Part shown: piece by piece, positions 9,501-18,426 of the stretch
How the letters are laid out: every line of letters starts with the position of its first letter
How positions within the stretch are numbered: the stretch's first letter is position 1
Source: a virus
Reading direction: 5' to 3' (one strand)
Length of the DNA stretch: 64,000 bases
IMG/VR virus record: IMGVR_UViG_3300021961_000053
Span: 1-64,000 of that record
Position numbers and translations under genes: made by a program
The notes under the pieces: generated by a model
The model's input: only the letters and a program-made list of their open reading frames with translations
The model's database searches: none
Told to the model about the DNA's origin: nothing

Positions 9501-12500
9501 AAGCATCCGATCCAGATGTTATTCAGGACACTACAACTTCACCTTCCCAGCGTGAGTGTGCTTCAACTGCTGCTGCTATTCTTCAGCTCACAGAGAACAT
9601 CACCACTATTATTAACACTGGTCTAACCAAAGTTGTTAATGGTGTCACGGTTCCTACTGTAGATCGTGTAGAACCAACGTTCAACACTGCTCTACTTGCA
9701 TCTAGAGCAACTGTATTCACAATTGATACAACTGGTTACGGTTCAACAGATGCTCATGACTTTGAGACTGGAACTCCTGTTAGACTTGTTCCACGTCCTC
9801 GTTTTAACCCAGCAACTGGACAATATGTTGATGTAGATAAGCGTGTTATTAGACTGCCTAATGGATTTGATACTAATACCACTTACTATGTGATTGCTCC
9901 TGGTAGAGCAACACAACCAGTAGATTACAGCGGATCAACTCTCTTTGATGAGACCGCAGTTACTAGATTGATGCTTGCGACTTCTAAAGAGAACGCAGCT
10001 GCTGGTATCTACATCTACGCATCTGAAACAGAATCTATTGATCCAGATATTGAGATCGATCTCTATCAGTTTGTACTTGATGACAAGTATGATCTTCACA
10101 CCTATTCTTGTGGACTAGTCAATACTGTTGTTGGTGGCATTGAAACAGATATTGCTCACATTTTTGATATACCTTCTACCGCAACAACTCCTCAGAAAGT
10201 ATTCTTTAGAGCAATTGAAGGAAGTGATCTTCCAGATCTTGCTACAAATTATGCTTCAGATCCAACCGTTGCAATCACAAGTGGTGTCAATGCTGGTAAG
10301 ATTAACCCAAGTGTTGAATTTTATGTTCGTTATCAGACCAGCAAGGTCTTCACAATTCATAAGACTCTTGCTGATGCCTTAAACGATGTAAATCCAATCA
10401 CTTTCAACAACGCTAACGGTCCATTCAGAGTATTTGCTAACAAGAAGCGCAGCCCAATGCGCTTTGATCCAGGATTTAATGGTTCTGATACCGACAACGG
10501 TAAGTGGTACTTACAGTGTCTGGATAGAGAAACTGAAGGAAACGCAGTATTCTTTAATGAAATCTTCTACAGAATCAATGAGTCTGATTATCAGAGTAAG
10601 CCTACTACAACTGATACGTGGTATGAGCGTGTTGATGACACCAGAGATGCTAATGAGAGAACCTATAAACTCCGTTATGTCATTCCTAAGTACATTGAGA
10701 ACGCAAGAGATCCTATCAATGGATTTGTTATTAAGACAAGAACTGACGATACTCGTAAGTTAGTTCCTCAGAAACTACTACTCAAGCCTGTTGCTGGTAA
10801 CGTTTATGGTGCTCGATTTGAGAACCCACAACAACCAGGAGAATTCATTGGATTTACCAAAGAACAATTTGCTGCAGATGACACCCTAAATGATCTTAAT
10901 GCATATGATCCATTTAGAAGACCTCTAACTGGAGAAGATCAAGACACAGATTACCGTGCAATTGCAAGATTCACCTCTGGAGTCGCTGCTACAATTCAAT
11001 CTGGTCGTTATGTTGAGGATGATTTAGATGCATCTATTAAATATCTAGAACTGACTGTATTTGATCATAGTATCGATACTAAGAACTTCCCTGGACTAAG
11101 AAATGAGATCCTAACAACCGTCAAGATCTCTGCTCCTCAGGGTGGTGGTTTCATTGCAAATAAGACACAAAGTATTGTTGGTAACTCCGTCTCATTTGCT
11201 GGTAACTCTTCAGGTACTGCTTACATTCACGGATACTTTAATGTTGGTGGTGATCACTACCTAATCATCAAGGGTATCAGTGGTGCCAAGGGAACTGCTT
11301 CGCTAGAGTATAGCGAGTTCCAAGGCACAAGATTCACTCAGGGTGCTGTCTTTGCTGATATGCTGGATGACCAGGATATGGGCAAATCGCTACCTCTGAA
11401 GACCCATATCAGAAAAAATTTCCCAGAGTATTTTTACAAGCAAAACGGCGCTAACGTTTATACTATCACTCCTGGTGATCGTATTCAAGACGACGCTGGT
11501 ATTGAATACTATGTTTATAGTGTAGAAGATGCTGGTGTCATTGAAGATACTTTCTATATCTTCGATAGCGAAGAACTACAGAAGCGTATTCCAGGTCAGC
11601 AAGATGGTATCTACTATCTAACAGCTCTCCGTGGTAATATCTCTCCATATCCAACTGGTGCTGGTGCTGGTGGAAACTTCCGTAAGTTCAAGTTCTCTCA
11701 ACCAGTTGGTAAGATCTATCCTCTAAACTATAGAAACGATCCTCTCTGGTTCCAGAAGTCTGGTACAACCAACGAAGAGAAGAACTACTATTCACAGTTG
11801 ATTGATCCACCTCAGGCATTCTCTGCTGCTGATAACTATATCCACGGTAAAGTCACTGTCAACGATACCAAGAACTCTGTAACCAAGGAACTTGTTATCG
11901 ATCTTCTCAAGCAACCTGCGTTTGTCGAGAACACCTATACTAGTGATAATGAGATTCAGGCACAATTAGGTAATGCAACTTCTGGATCAGAAGATCGCCG
12001 CATTCCTATTGCTGGTGATAGCACAGTTCTTGCCGATCAGCGTTACTACGTTGAACTCCGCAGACCATCTATTGCCCGTGCTGGTAACCACACGTTTGAA
12101 TACCTAGGTTTCGGTCCTGGTAACTACTCAACAGGTCTTCCTGCCCGTCAGGAGATCGTTCTAGAACCAGAACAAGACTTCTACGCACAAGCTAAGAAGC
12201 AAGATGCTGGTATCGTATTCTACACTGGTATCAACTCTCAGGGTGACCTCTACATTGGTAACAGAAGAATCAACGCTATCACTGGTGAAGAAGACTTCAT
12301 CGATAGAGCAGTTCTTGCCGATGATGGAGATGCTGATGACGTTATCGGACAACTCGTTACTACATTCGACACACCTGTAACGTTCAACCAGAACATTACA
12401 ATCGTTGGTGGTCCAGATGGCGAACTTGTTAATAATATCAACTCTCCAATTCTGATTAATGTCCCAGACAATCAGTTAAGTAATCTTGGAGCACCTCTTG

Positions 12501-15500
12501 TTGTATATTCACTAGTAAGTTCAACAGATCCTATTACTGGATATCCTCAAGATACCACTTTAGATAGAAATAACTTCTTCCCAAATACATCTGGTGATAT
12601 CAGACTTGGTAAGAACAGAGTTGATGCCGCAATCTTTGGATTCAATCCAAGAGGAGAAGGTCAGAATTATAAGATTCAAACTCATGCTCCTGGTGGAATT
12701 GCGTCAAACATTTCTCCAAATCAAGATACTCTGATTTCTCAGGGTGGATCTAGAATTAATGCAAGTCAGTTCATCACATATGGTGGCACTGTTCTTCCTT
12801 CCACTGGAGATATGGCACTCAAGGGCGGTGCAGTTAATAAGAATGGCTCTCTTGGTTGGATCTTTGCTAACATTTACACAACAATTCCTAACAACGTAAT
12901 TTCTTCCCTGGAAGTTATTGTTGATCAGAGTGTTAATGTTGCATCATTCACGTTTATTGATAGCAACAGTAATCCAGTTCCTGTTGGATCCCTTAACATC
13001 AAGTCTGGTTCTGAAATTAGACTACAGAACATCAATTATAGCGGCGTTCTGAATGGAACATGGCCAGTTCTTTCTACTGTAGATTATCCATTCAACCCAC
13101 TCGATAACGTTGTATATTTCCAAGTTACTCCAAGAACTGGAACTCCACTTGGTGCATTTGATGAAACCTGGAGTAGTGGAATTATCAATAATCCTACTAA
13201 CCCATCTCCAAATGCTATTGTTTCCTTCTCCGTATCAAACTGGAAAGAGTTTGGTGTTCTGGGTGCTGAAGCACTTAGAACCGAGACTGAAACCATTGGT
13301 GATTACAAGCTCGGCATTAACACCATCAATAGAGCAACACATAATGCATATAAGGATGCATTTGTTGAAGTTGCAAATACTGATCCTCGTGCTAACTTGG
13401 ACGTTGTTGGTAATGCATACATCAGTGGTCGTAAGACAACTGATTGGCTTGCTCATGATGAGTATGCAGATCGTGAAAAGAATGCAGTATCGGATGCATT
13501 TGTTGTTGGTGGAGACAGTGCAAACATTGATGAGTATGCAACCCTTCGTGTTTCTACAGAAGAGATTGCAATTACCGAACCTGGCAGAGGAAATAATGCT
13601 GGCAAGGTTGGAATCAATGTTACTGATGCAGAACTAGATAGAGCACTAGTTGTTAAGGGCAACGCTAGATTCACCGAAGATGTACGCTTTGAGCGTGACA
13701 TCGAGATCCATGGTAATGGTACTCTAACTGAGGTAAGAACTGATACCACAACTGGTACATTCAACTTCATCACCGATACCAACTTTACTGGTACTCTTAA
13801 TATTGCTAACTCTGCTAGCGTACTTAACTTCGTTAATACCGCTACCACGATCGAGATTGGCAATGATGCTACAACAAATTCATTCTACTTTGGTAATGAT
13901 GTAGCAGGAGATCAGTTCTTCTACTTCGGTAGCAATGCTGACCATAGCAACTTCTTTATTGGCAATACACCAGACAGCGCAACTGTTGCTGCTAATGGAT
14001 CTATTCCAGTAACTGGTACTGGAATCAGTAGGGTAATTATTGGTGGTGCATTTGGTAACAGCAACCAAGATCAGTCCTATACAAGAATTGGATCCCAGAT
14101 TCTTAGAATTGATGGTGATGCTTGGTTAGGTTTCCGTCGTCAAGGTGGAACTGCTAGAATGAGATCACAGGCATCTGTGATTGATTTCTTCTCCAACTCT
14201 GGTGGTCCTTCGACAATCAACTTTGCTCTAAATGCATCTGAGATTAATATTGCTGGACAGGGTGGTAAGACAACTATCAATAACCAGTTAGAGGTTATTG
14301 CTTCTGCCAAGTTTAATTCAAATATCCTTCTTTGTGGTGGTCTTTCTTCCTTCTCCTTCTCTGGAAACAGAGCACAGATGGGATCTGTCATCTCAACACA
14401 TGATGATGGAGTTAATCCAGATGGAACGTTCATCAAAAACGTTGATATCCTGAATGTACTTGTTCTAGATTCACTAGCAGATGGATATAATGCTGTTGAT
14501 ACCGCTGGTTCTGGAACATGGGGTGGAGCATCTCACCAAGAAGCAGAAACATTTGATGGTGCTGCTGAACCAGTCGCAATTCCAGCTCTGAGTGGAGACG
14601 AGTATTACCTACCAATTAAATATTCTCCAAACAAATCAAACGGAGATCCATATCTAACCACTGGTGATTACATCATTGTTAATAGTGCAATTGTTGGATC
14701 TACAAATCACCCAGAGATTGTTCAGATTGTTGAAGTTGTAAGATCTGTTGCTCCATACTACCTAAAAGTTAAGCGTCGTCCATTTGGTGCATTTGGTGGT
14801 GTTCTTTCAAATCATGCAGATACAACTGCAATCTACAAGGTTAACGTACAGTTTGATGCTACCTGGATCGAACAACCAGTTGATGGCGCTGGCGCACAAG
14901 ATAACTTCTATCTTGCTGAGTTTGGTGGCGATCTCACAGTTAATGATTATATTCTTCTCAGCAGAGATGATGCTACTGGAACACCAGAATATGTAAAAGT
15001 TGTAACTCCTCTATCACAAGAAGTTCAGAAATTTAGAATTGCTGATGGTACTGACTGTGATAATACTGATGGAGATGTATTTGTTGTTGATTCTAAGACT
15101 GGTGACACATATATTGGTGGATCTGTTACTATCAATTCTTCCATTCTTCAAAATGGTGGTTGCTTCCTGACATCTTCTCTGGTAACTGGTGATTTAGTAC
15201 CAGAATCTGAGATTAATTTAACCTATAACATTACAAATATTAGCGATGAAGATATTGCTAATGTTGCTCTTGGTGACACTGTTAAGTTAAGAACTGGTAC
15301 TGCTTCTTCTGAATTCTTCTATCCTTGGTCTCAAGTTGTTGAGATTGAGAATACGGGAGGCGATCAGAACAGTGTCAAGTTGTCTGTAGCAGCTGTGAAT
15401 TTTGCCACAGAAGAAAATCTACAGTTCGAGTTTGGCAAGAATGAGGTATTTGCAATTGATAACGGACATCAGCAATCAACATTACATTTTGACACTTGCT

Positions 15501-17038
15501 CTGGAACACTTGAAATTGGTAATCAATATAGAAGATTTGAAATTGAAAGAATTTTACCAGACACCGAAACTGTAGCTGAAACAGTTGCAAGATATGATGG
15601 CGATGTCTTCAAAACAATCAGAGTATATGGGTATCAGCAAGATCCAAAATCTATTCAAGCAGATGGACCAAAAACTACTTTAAGTTCTGGTGCATCAACA
15701 GGATTAATTCCTAATTCTGTTTATCTAACTTGTGCCTCTATTGGAACTGGAGATGGTGCTTTTGCTGTTGGTGACCTGATTATGGTTGGTGACACGGCAG
15801 ATATTGATTCCAAGGGAACTGATGGAAATCAGTGGGAGATAATGAAGATTGCTTCTATTGACGCAGTTAATAACATATTGAGATGTCTTCCAGGACAAGA
15901 AGGAACAACAGCAAGAGCTCTTACTGATTATCCTGCAATTACAACAACAGTAATCAGACTTCTTAAGCATCCAGAGACTTCACTAATCTATGATATTCAA
16001 CAGAGAACGAGAGCAAGCGTTGGTTTTGTTTCTCTAATTCTTGAGAAAGGATATATTTCTCAAACAATCATGGATTATGCTCAGTATTTCAGATTCTATG
16101 ATACTACTGGAGTTTTGGATGATGAGTGGTTCTATGTTCCTACTTGCCTAAGAGGTAAGTATCATGAGACCACAATGAATGAGCAAGTTTATGCTGGTCA
16201 GTTTGGTGAAAGATCTCAGAGAATTGGTAATATTGTTATTAACAATGATCTTGAGCTGATTGGTGGTCAAATTCTCATGTATGATTCCACGAGAAAGACC
16301 AAGATTCTAAACTTCCTCAATGATGGCGGACACTCTGATCACCAAGGAGAACTATACTTCGATGCTAAGGTAACAGGAAGAGGAACAATTACAATTTATG
16401 GATTGGGATGTCCAGAGGAGACCAATTCACTCACATGTGATCCAACCTTTGCTGTAAATCAGGACGGTGATGTAACAGCGTTGAGAACATTCTCTATCAC
16501 TGGTATTGCTTCCACAAATCCACCAACATCACCAATATTGACTGTCAAGAACCTTGGCGTTCAGGGTGGATCTGAATTTACAGTAAATCATGATTGTTCT
16601 ATTGACTCCTTCGGATACGATAAGTTCTATACCAGAACTGGTGGTAGACACACAAGATACCTAGCATCTGGTACTGACGCTGAAAATCTATATCTGAAAC
16701 CAAATATTAATTACTTTGTAAATGTAACTGATGGAGATAACTTCGTTGTTTATCTACCAGAGGCTCCAATTTCTGGAGATACTGTTACTATTATTGATGT
16801 TGGTGGAAATCTAACTTACAACACTTCGTTGGTTGTTAGAGCACAGGGAACTGGAGTTAAAGTACAGGGAGATAGCACAGGAACAACCCTTGGTGGTCTT
16901 GCTTCTGCATATCCATCAGGTGAACTTGTTGTCCAAACAGCACATGCCGCATTCACACTAATCTATCTTGGTGGTACTGACACTACTGGAGCAATTGTTT
17001 CTTCTAGTGTCAATGGATGGTGGCTCAAGGAGGTCTGA
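3596..17038 (+). CDS. Giant virion structural protein (4480 aa; tail/baseplate-associated) containing 7 phycobiliprotein-like helical domains
   Basis: Uninterrupted ORF under a late promoter; cyanomyovirus-type N-terminus MPLTRLDNLISSKTG; fibre-like C-terminus; repeated KCxRD[IL]G..DA...DL..GGN motifs. Confidence 0.85.
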   Translation: MPLTRLDNLISSKTGKYLYVSPDDFNATDSLSNRGNSPVTPFKSIQRAFLEIARYSYTPGPSNDRFDQFSIMLMPGIHYIDNRPGLVDTSGIDVFDFNQALNAWGDDPILDISNPDNILYRFNNTEGGAIIPRGSSLVGYDLRRTTVRPLYVPDPASVTVPRSAIFNVTGGCYFWQFTLKDGQTTAESPLYNPAAGTGEVYYDPNDFTRKTAPNFSHHKLTVFEYADKEELQLFYRKIAKAFSAYQPTIDDVSPEGIPEFDYNVQENRIVGPLSDSRVIESLKFTDATTNPAIPSSTTEIEVTTKVDHGYFAGQFVAISGTEIDDEIEGFWGIYDISDDPRKFTYRVPFVVSGIGQGLSSGITVSVDTTPALGQNAQVLAEVDSVESASPYVFNVSIRSVWGICGIWANGLKATGFKSMVIAQYTGVSLQRDDRAFIRYDEYANTWNQASLVDAFASVPYHAKGDSYWKDDWRNFHVRASDDAFIQNVSIFAVGFADHFLMESGGDMSITNSNSNFGNTSLHAIGFKGFSFNQDKAGYITDIIPPQQVVESETNRKRVLYYTIDVQGTIQDGANRTKLYLGGTDLDNPLDRPAATIGGYRIGGKSGDKLYVKLDKKNNIDTFQTTLSPTGFVKYIAKGSILNPSNYTINNVNVDAANLIESNRRMIQEEVFGYILEKYPRLQNISYVNPSLNPAAGRYLDAKNLIIANRQEIVDTAFDEMVEAFGIGNIQGVADGKCKRDIGFIVDAIAEDLRDGGNANIIAATREYFDGNGDAISNGLVGEEVPSVFAFNRARDLCKKAIANLLTVKASIYDPETDNLLSPYGVISGSTGSAALGLDSEGVTVDKANRQDPAGRYKDARNRIIANRDFILDAALAEVAVYHDDFYFPGTAQTTAKSRFYDGFRMIRRNNKEIADRALAKIAFEHPDFYFPGDAQTTADSRFYDSYRLIQQNKDEIQDRALAQIAINHPDFYIPGSAQTTTQSRFFDSYRLIQQNRTDIINTAWNNMVAVYPGVVGTETKCKRDLGYFVDAISLDIFMGGNKYARKFVSMYFASGAPIGNGLVGEEAESIRAFQEARDLMGQAVANQLAVKDLSLTADPATGSNIDPNSCANVQSAIDSLTLIVTDVIAAGSLAGMAAETPYSIEAGELKCRRDLGFFIDAVSLDLFIRGNEYSYRFAAEYFDVNGAAISNGLVGETAESITAFNKARDMMKLAITNSLYEKDLTLTADPATGDNQDQASCANVQSALDTLTSIVTTIVAAGNLSSLPVEINKGSAPAGMEKCGRDIGYFIDAIAVDLFTGGNKHTRTFIQQYFDGNTPISNGLAGEEAESITAFNEASAYMQLAVTNELYYRDLTVTADPLTGDNQDPNSCANVRSAISTLTTYVTDALTAGNLNTLPTENAGSFQTGELKCRRDLGYVVDAVAQDLWFGGNEYTIAATKEYFNGNSLIANGVDNEIAPSITAFKRAADLMNRAVNNQYYYRDLGLTLDQTGDPAFVADIHADAYNLVLDNKEFIAAEAYERMLAAYPSYQPSAGNTKQDCLDDVYDVLEEVMWDVKFGGNSKTYDAAEIYVTNIFNGQPIDTFLDAERDEAAKVFLEAKNIAIQCLRNETVSVSAGNTLTQVKDLTIVNDWDDDFAPLPQCGSAAGAVDTLFGIILQAVGNDGGVGNLNGVTRTAPSQPSTYTLGNCSDVLATIDTLIGIVCDALYAGSLDTLPPLSNGEWDCANVRSSIENLFDIITDAISSGSLAGLPVLNRGDFIVNAESSKCFRDVAYIVDAIVNDLKYGGNINSVQAGEAYYVGTQLDYIDGEKAETIDAWNYVGQMAIAAMRNFDFLAYNCATTNSSALVTIPDAAGTGTRDVPASAIINVGDNSGIIIGMKVEEYPSGSYTNGLLNAGATPVTTNIPEGTYVKSLIGSDSIELGTYGSRLDSGVNQNCQQPPSSTVSLYFTYEQGAWANTTPKTVVVGPEASDPDVIQDTTTSPSQRECASTAAAILQLTENITTIINTGLTKVVNGVTVPTVDRVEPTFNTALLASRATVFTIDTTGYGSTDAHDFETGTPVRLVPRPRFNPATGQYVDVDKRVIRLPNGFDTNTTYYVIAPGRATQPVDYSGSTLFDETAVTRLMLATSKENAAAGIYIYASETESIDPDIEIDLYQFVLDDKYDLHTYSCGLVNTVVGGIETDIAHIFDIPSTATTPQKVFFRAIEGSDLPDLATNYASDPTVAITSGVNAGKINPSVEFYVRYQTSKVFTIHKTLADALNDVNPITFNNANGPFRVFANKKRSPMRFDPGFNGSDTDNGKWYLQCLDRETEGNAVFFNEIFYRINESDYQSKPTTTDTWYERVDDTRDANERTYKLRYVIPKYIENARDPINGFVIKTRTDDTRKLVPQKLLLKPVAGNVYGARFENPQQPGEFIGFTKEQFAADDTLNDLNAYDPFRRPLTGEDQDTDYRAIARFTSGVAATIQSGRYVEDDLDASIKYLELTVFDHSIDTKNFPGLRNEILTTVKISAPQGGGFIANKTQSIVGNSVSFAGNSSGTAYIHGYFNVGGDHYLIIKGISGAKGTASLEYSEFQGTRFTQGAVFADMLDDQDMGKSLPLKTHIRKNFPEYFYKQNGANVYTITPGDRIQDDAGIEYYVYSVEDAGVIEDTFYIFDSEELQKRIPGQQDGIYYLTALRGNISPYPTGAGAGGNFRKFKFSQPVGKIYPLNYRNDPLWFQKSGTTNEEKNYYSQLIDPPQAFSAADNYIHGKVTVNDTKNSVTKELVIDLLKQPAFVENTYTSDNEIQAQLGNATSGSEDRRIPIAGDSTVLADQRYYVELRRPSIARAGNHTFEYLGFGPGNYSTGLPARQEIVLEPEQDFYAQAKKQDAGIVFYTGINSQGDLYIGNRRINAITGEEDFIDRAVLADDGDADDVIGQLVTTFDTPVTFNQNITIVGGPDGELVNNINSPILINVPDNQLSNLGAPLVVYSLVSSTDPITGYPQDTTLDRNNFFPNTSGDIRLGKNRVDAAIFGFNPRGEGQNYKIQTHAPGGIASNISPNQDTLISQGGSRINASQFITYGGTVLPSTGDMALKGGAVNKNGSLGWIFANIYTTIPNNVISSLEVIVDQSVNVASFTFIDSNSNPVPVGSLNIKSGSEIRLQNINYSGVLNGTWPVLSTVDYPFNPLDNVVYFQVTPRTGTPLGAFDETWSSGIINNPTNPSPNAIVSFSVSNWKEFGVLGAEALRTETETIGDYKLGINTINRATHNAYKDAFVEVANTDPRANLDVVGNAYISGRKTTDWLAHDEYADREKNAVSDAFVVGGDSANIDEYATLRVSTEEIAITEPGRGNNAGKVGINVTDAELDRALVVKGNARFTEDVRFERDIEIHGNGTLTEVRTDTTTGTFNFITDTNFTGTLNIANSASVLNFVNTATTIEIGNDATTNSFYFGNDVAGDQFFYFGSNADHSNFFIGNTPDSATVAANGSIPVTGTGISRVIIGGAFGNSNQDQSYTRIGSQILRIDGDAWLGFRRQGGTARMRSQASVIDFFSNSGGPSTINFALNASEINIAGQGGKTTINNQLEVIASAKFNSNILLCGGLSSFSFSGNRAQMGSVISTHDDGVNPDGTFIKNVDILNVLVLDSLADGYNAVDTAGSGTWGGASHQEAETFDGAAEPVAIPALSGDEYYLPIKYSPNKSNGDPYLTTGDYIIVNSAIVGSTNHPEIVQIVEVVRSVAPYYLKVKRRPFGAFGGVLSNHADTTAIYKVNVQFDATWIEQPVDGAGAQDNFYLAEFGGDLTVNDYILLSRDDATGTPEYVKVVTPLSQEVQKFRIADGTDCDNTDGDVFVVDSKTGDTYIGGSVTINSSILQNGGCFLTSSLVTGDLVPESEINLTYNITNISDEDIANVALGDTVKLRTGTASSEFFYPWSQVVEIENTGGDQNSVKLSVAAVNFATEENLQFEFGKNEVFAIDNGHQQSTLHFDTCSGTLEIGNQYRRFEIERILPDTETVAETVARYDGDVFKTIRVYGYQQDPKSIQADGPKTTLSSGASTGLIPNSVYLTCASIGTGDGAFAVGDLIMVGDTADIDSKGTDGNQWEIMKIASIDAVNNILRCLPGQEGTTARALTDYPAITTTVIRLLKHPETSLIYDIQQRTRASVGFVSLILEKGYISQTIMDYAQYFRFYDTTGVLDDEWFYVPTCLRGKYHETTMNEQVYAGQFGERSQRIGNIVINNDLELIGGQILMYDSTRKTKILNFLNDGGHSDHQGELYFDAKVTGRGTITIYGLGCPEETNSLTCDPTFAVNQDGDVTALRTFSITGIASTNPPTSPILTVKNLGVQGGSEFTVNHDCSIDSFGYDKFYTRTGGRHTRYLASGTDAENLYLKPNINYFVNVTDGDNFVVYLPEAPISGDTVTIIDVGGNLTYNTSLVVRAQGTGVKVQGDSTGTTLGGLASAYPSGELVVQTAHAAFTLIYLGGTDTTGAIVSSSVNGWWLKEV
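6239..6625 (+). repeat. Three tandem 129-bp (43-aa) repeats within the giant gene
   Basis: H[DP]DFY[FI]PG.AQTT..SRF.D..R.I..N starting at 6239, 6368 and 6497. Confidence 0.85.
6653..8040 (+). repeat. Four ~390-bp (~130-aa) imperfect repeats
   Basis: KC.RD motifs at 6653, 7043, 7439, 7829; shared NGLVGE.AESI.AF and DL..TADP.TG.N.D..SCANV.SA. Confidence 0.85.
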
Positions 17039-17041
17039 TAA

Positions 17042-18424
17042 ATGGCAAGCTATAACAGAATAAAAGCAAGTACAAATTTTCCGATTGGAACTATTATTCC
17101 ATGGACTGGTGGATCTAGGCGAGGTGATGAAGCTGATCGAGTACCAGCTGGGTGGATAATATGCAATCAAGCGAATAGTTTATTATTTGCTGCTGACTAT
17201 CCTATTCTTGCAAAAATTATAGGAAACACATATGGTCCAATACCAGAAACACCAGATCAAGAAATTGGAGTAAATTATGGGATTGTAAATCAGTATCCAT
17301 ATAATCCACCAGATACTAGTCCAGACCACAATCCCAACTTACATGTTGATGTTTTTTCTCTGCCAAATTTAAACCAACTTGCTCTCGTTGATCTAGAGGG
17401 ATCTAGATTATCAACAACGGATCTTTTGCAAATTGGACAATATATCAGCACTAATGGAACGGAAGAAGGAAAGCAAGCCCTAACCTTGATTAGATCTGAT
17501 GTTGATATTCAGTTTGACCTAGAACCATCAAATACACTTGCTGGAAAAATTACTGGTATAGCAATGTCTGATCCAGTCTATTTTGACACACTTTATGTTC
17601 TCCCAAGAAAGTTGGGCATTGATCATATGCCAAACCACAATCACCAACCTCAAAGTGCTGATGAATTTGATCAATTTATCACTGCTGTTCCCTCTGGAAC
17701 TAACGTATTAGAATTTCAACCAGGAATTCCGTTGAGAAATGATGCTGCAAAAACAACTGCTGTAACACCAGTTGGTAGAAAAGGAACAAGTTCTTCAGCA
17801 CACACATTTAAACCAGGAAAAGCAGAAATTACTTGGTATGATCCAAATGATGGTGGTATTTCTTTAGTCACAACGGATCAAAAAGTAAATATAGCTAGTA
17901 ATTTAAATTTGATTCCGCAAGTACAATCTAGAGTTATTCCAGAACAATTTGCTATTGAATTTTCATATACTGATAACGGATCAGCAATTGCAAATGTTCA
18001 AGCAGATGCTCATACTGGAGCATTTCCACCAGCAGGATATTATCAAGGAAAAAGAAATTATTATCAGAGTGTAGATATTCCAGCGGAACACAGGGGTGCT
18101 GATATGCCAGCATCTAACATTGCTGATATGGTTTATGATCCAGCTCAGGAAAAACAACCAATCAACCCAAACGTAACAAATACATTTGCAACAACTCTAA
18201 ATCATCCTAACGAGGAATGGGCTTCTACTGGATTAAAATCTCACGATCACGATGCCATGGAATTGACAATGAATAAAGGTGGATTGGGAATTACAACAAC
18301 GTTACTTGTTAATGATGTTTCCACTGGAACAACTTCCCCGCTATCTATTGAAACCGCTCTTAGTGTAGCAATAAATCCTAATACGCCTTCACTAACGATG
18401 ATATATATTATGAGGGCTTTCTAA
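17042..18424 (+). CDS. Tail-collar-domain protein (short tail fibre/baseplate-fibre connector)
   Basis: PIGTIIPW...VPAGWIICN...DYP.L...IGNTYG...F.LPNL collar motif; HxH motifs; YIMRAF end. Confidence 0.8.
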   Translation: MASYNRIKASTNFPIGTIIPWTGGSRRGDEADRVPAGWIICNQANSLLFAADYPILAKIIGNTYGPIPETPDQEIGVNYGIVNQYPYNPPDTSPDHNPNLHVDVFSLPNLNQLALVDLEGSRLSTTDLLQIGQYISTNGTEEGKQALTLIRSDVDIQFDLEPSNTLAGKITGIAMSDPVYFDTLYVLPRKLGIDHMPNHNHQPQSADEFDQFITAVPSGTNVLEFQPGIPLRNDAAKTTAVTPVGRKGTSSSAHTFKPGKAEITWYDPNDGGISLVTTDQKVNIASNLNLIPQVQSRVIPEQFAIEFSYTDNGSAIANVQADAHTGAFPPAGYYQGKRNYYQSVDIPAEHRGADMPASNIADMVYDPAQEKQPINPNVTNTFATTLNHPNEEWASTGLKSHDHDAMELTMNKGGLGITTTLLVNDVSTGTTSPLSIETALSVAINPNTPSLTMIYIMRAF

Positions 18425-18426
18425 AA

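Noticed and set aside
3596-17038. Intein or homing endonuclease explaining the giant ORF size
   Set aside because: No intein splice-junction or LAGLIDADG/HNH motifs recognised by eye
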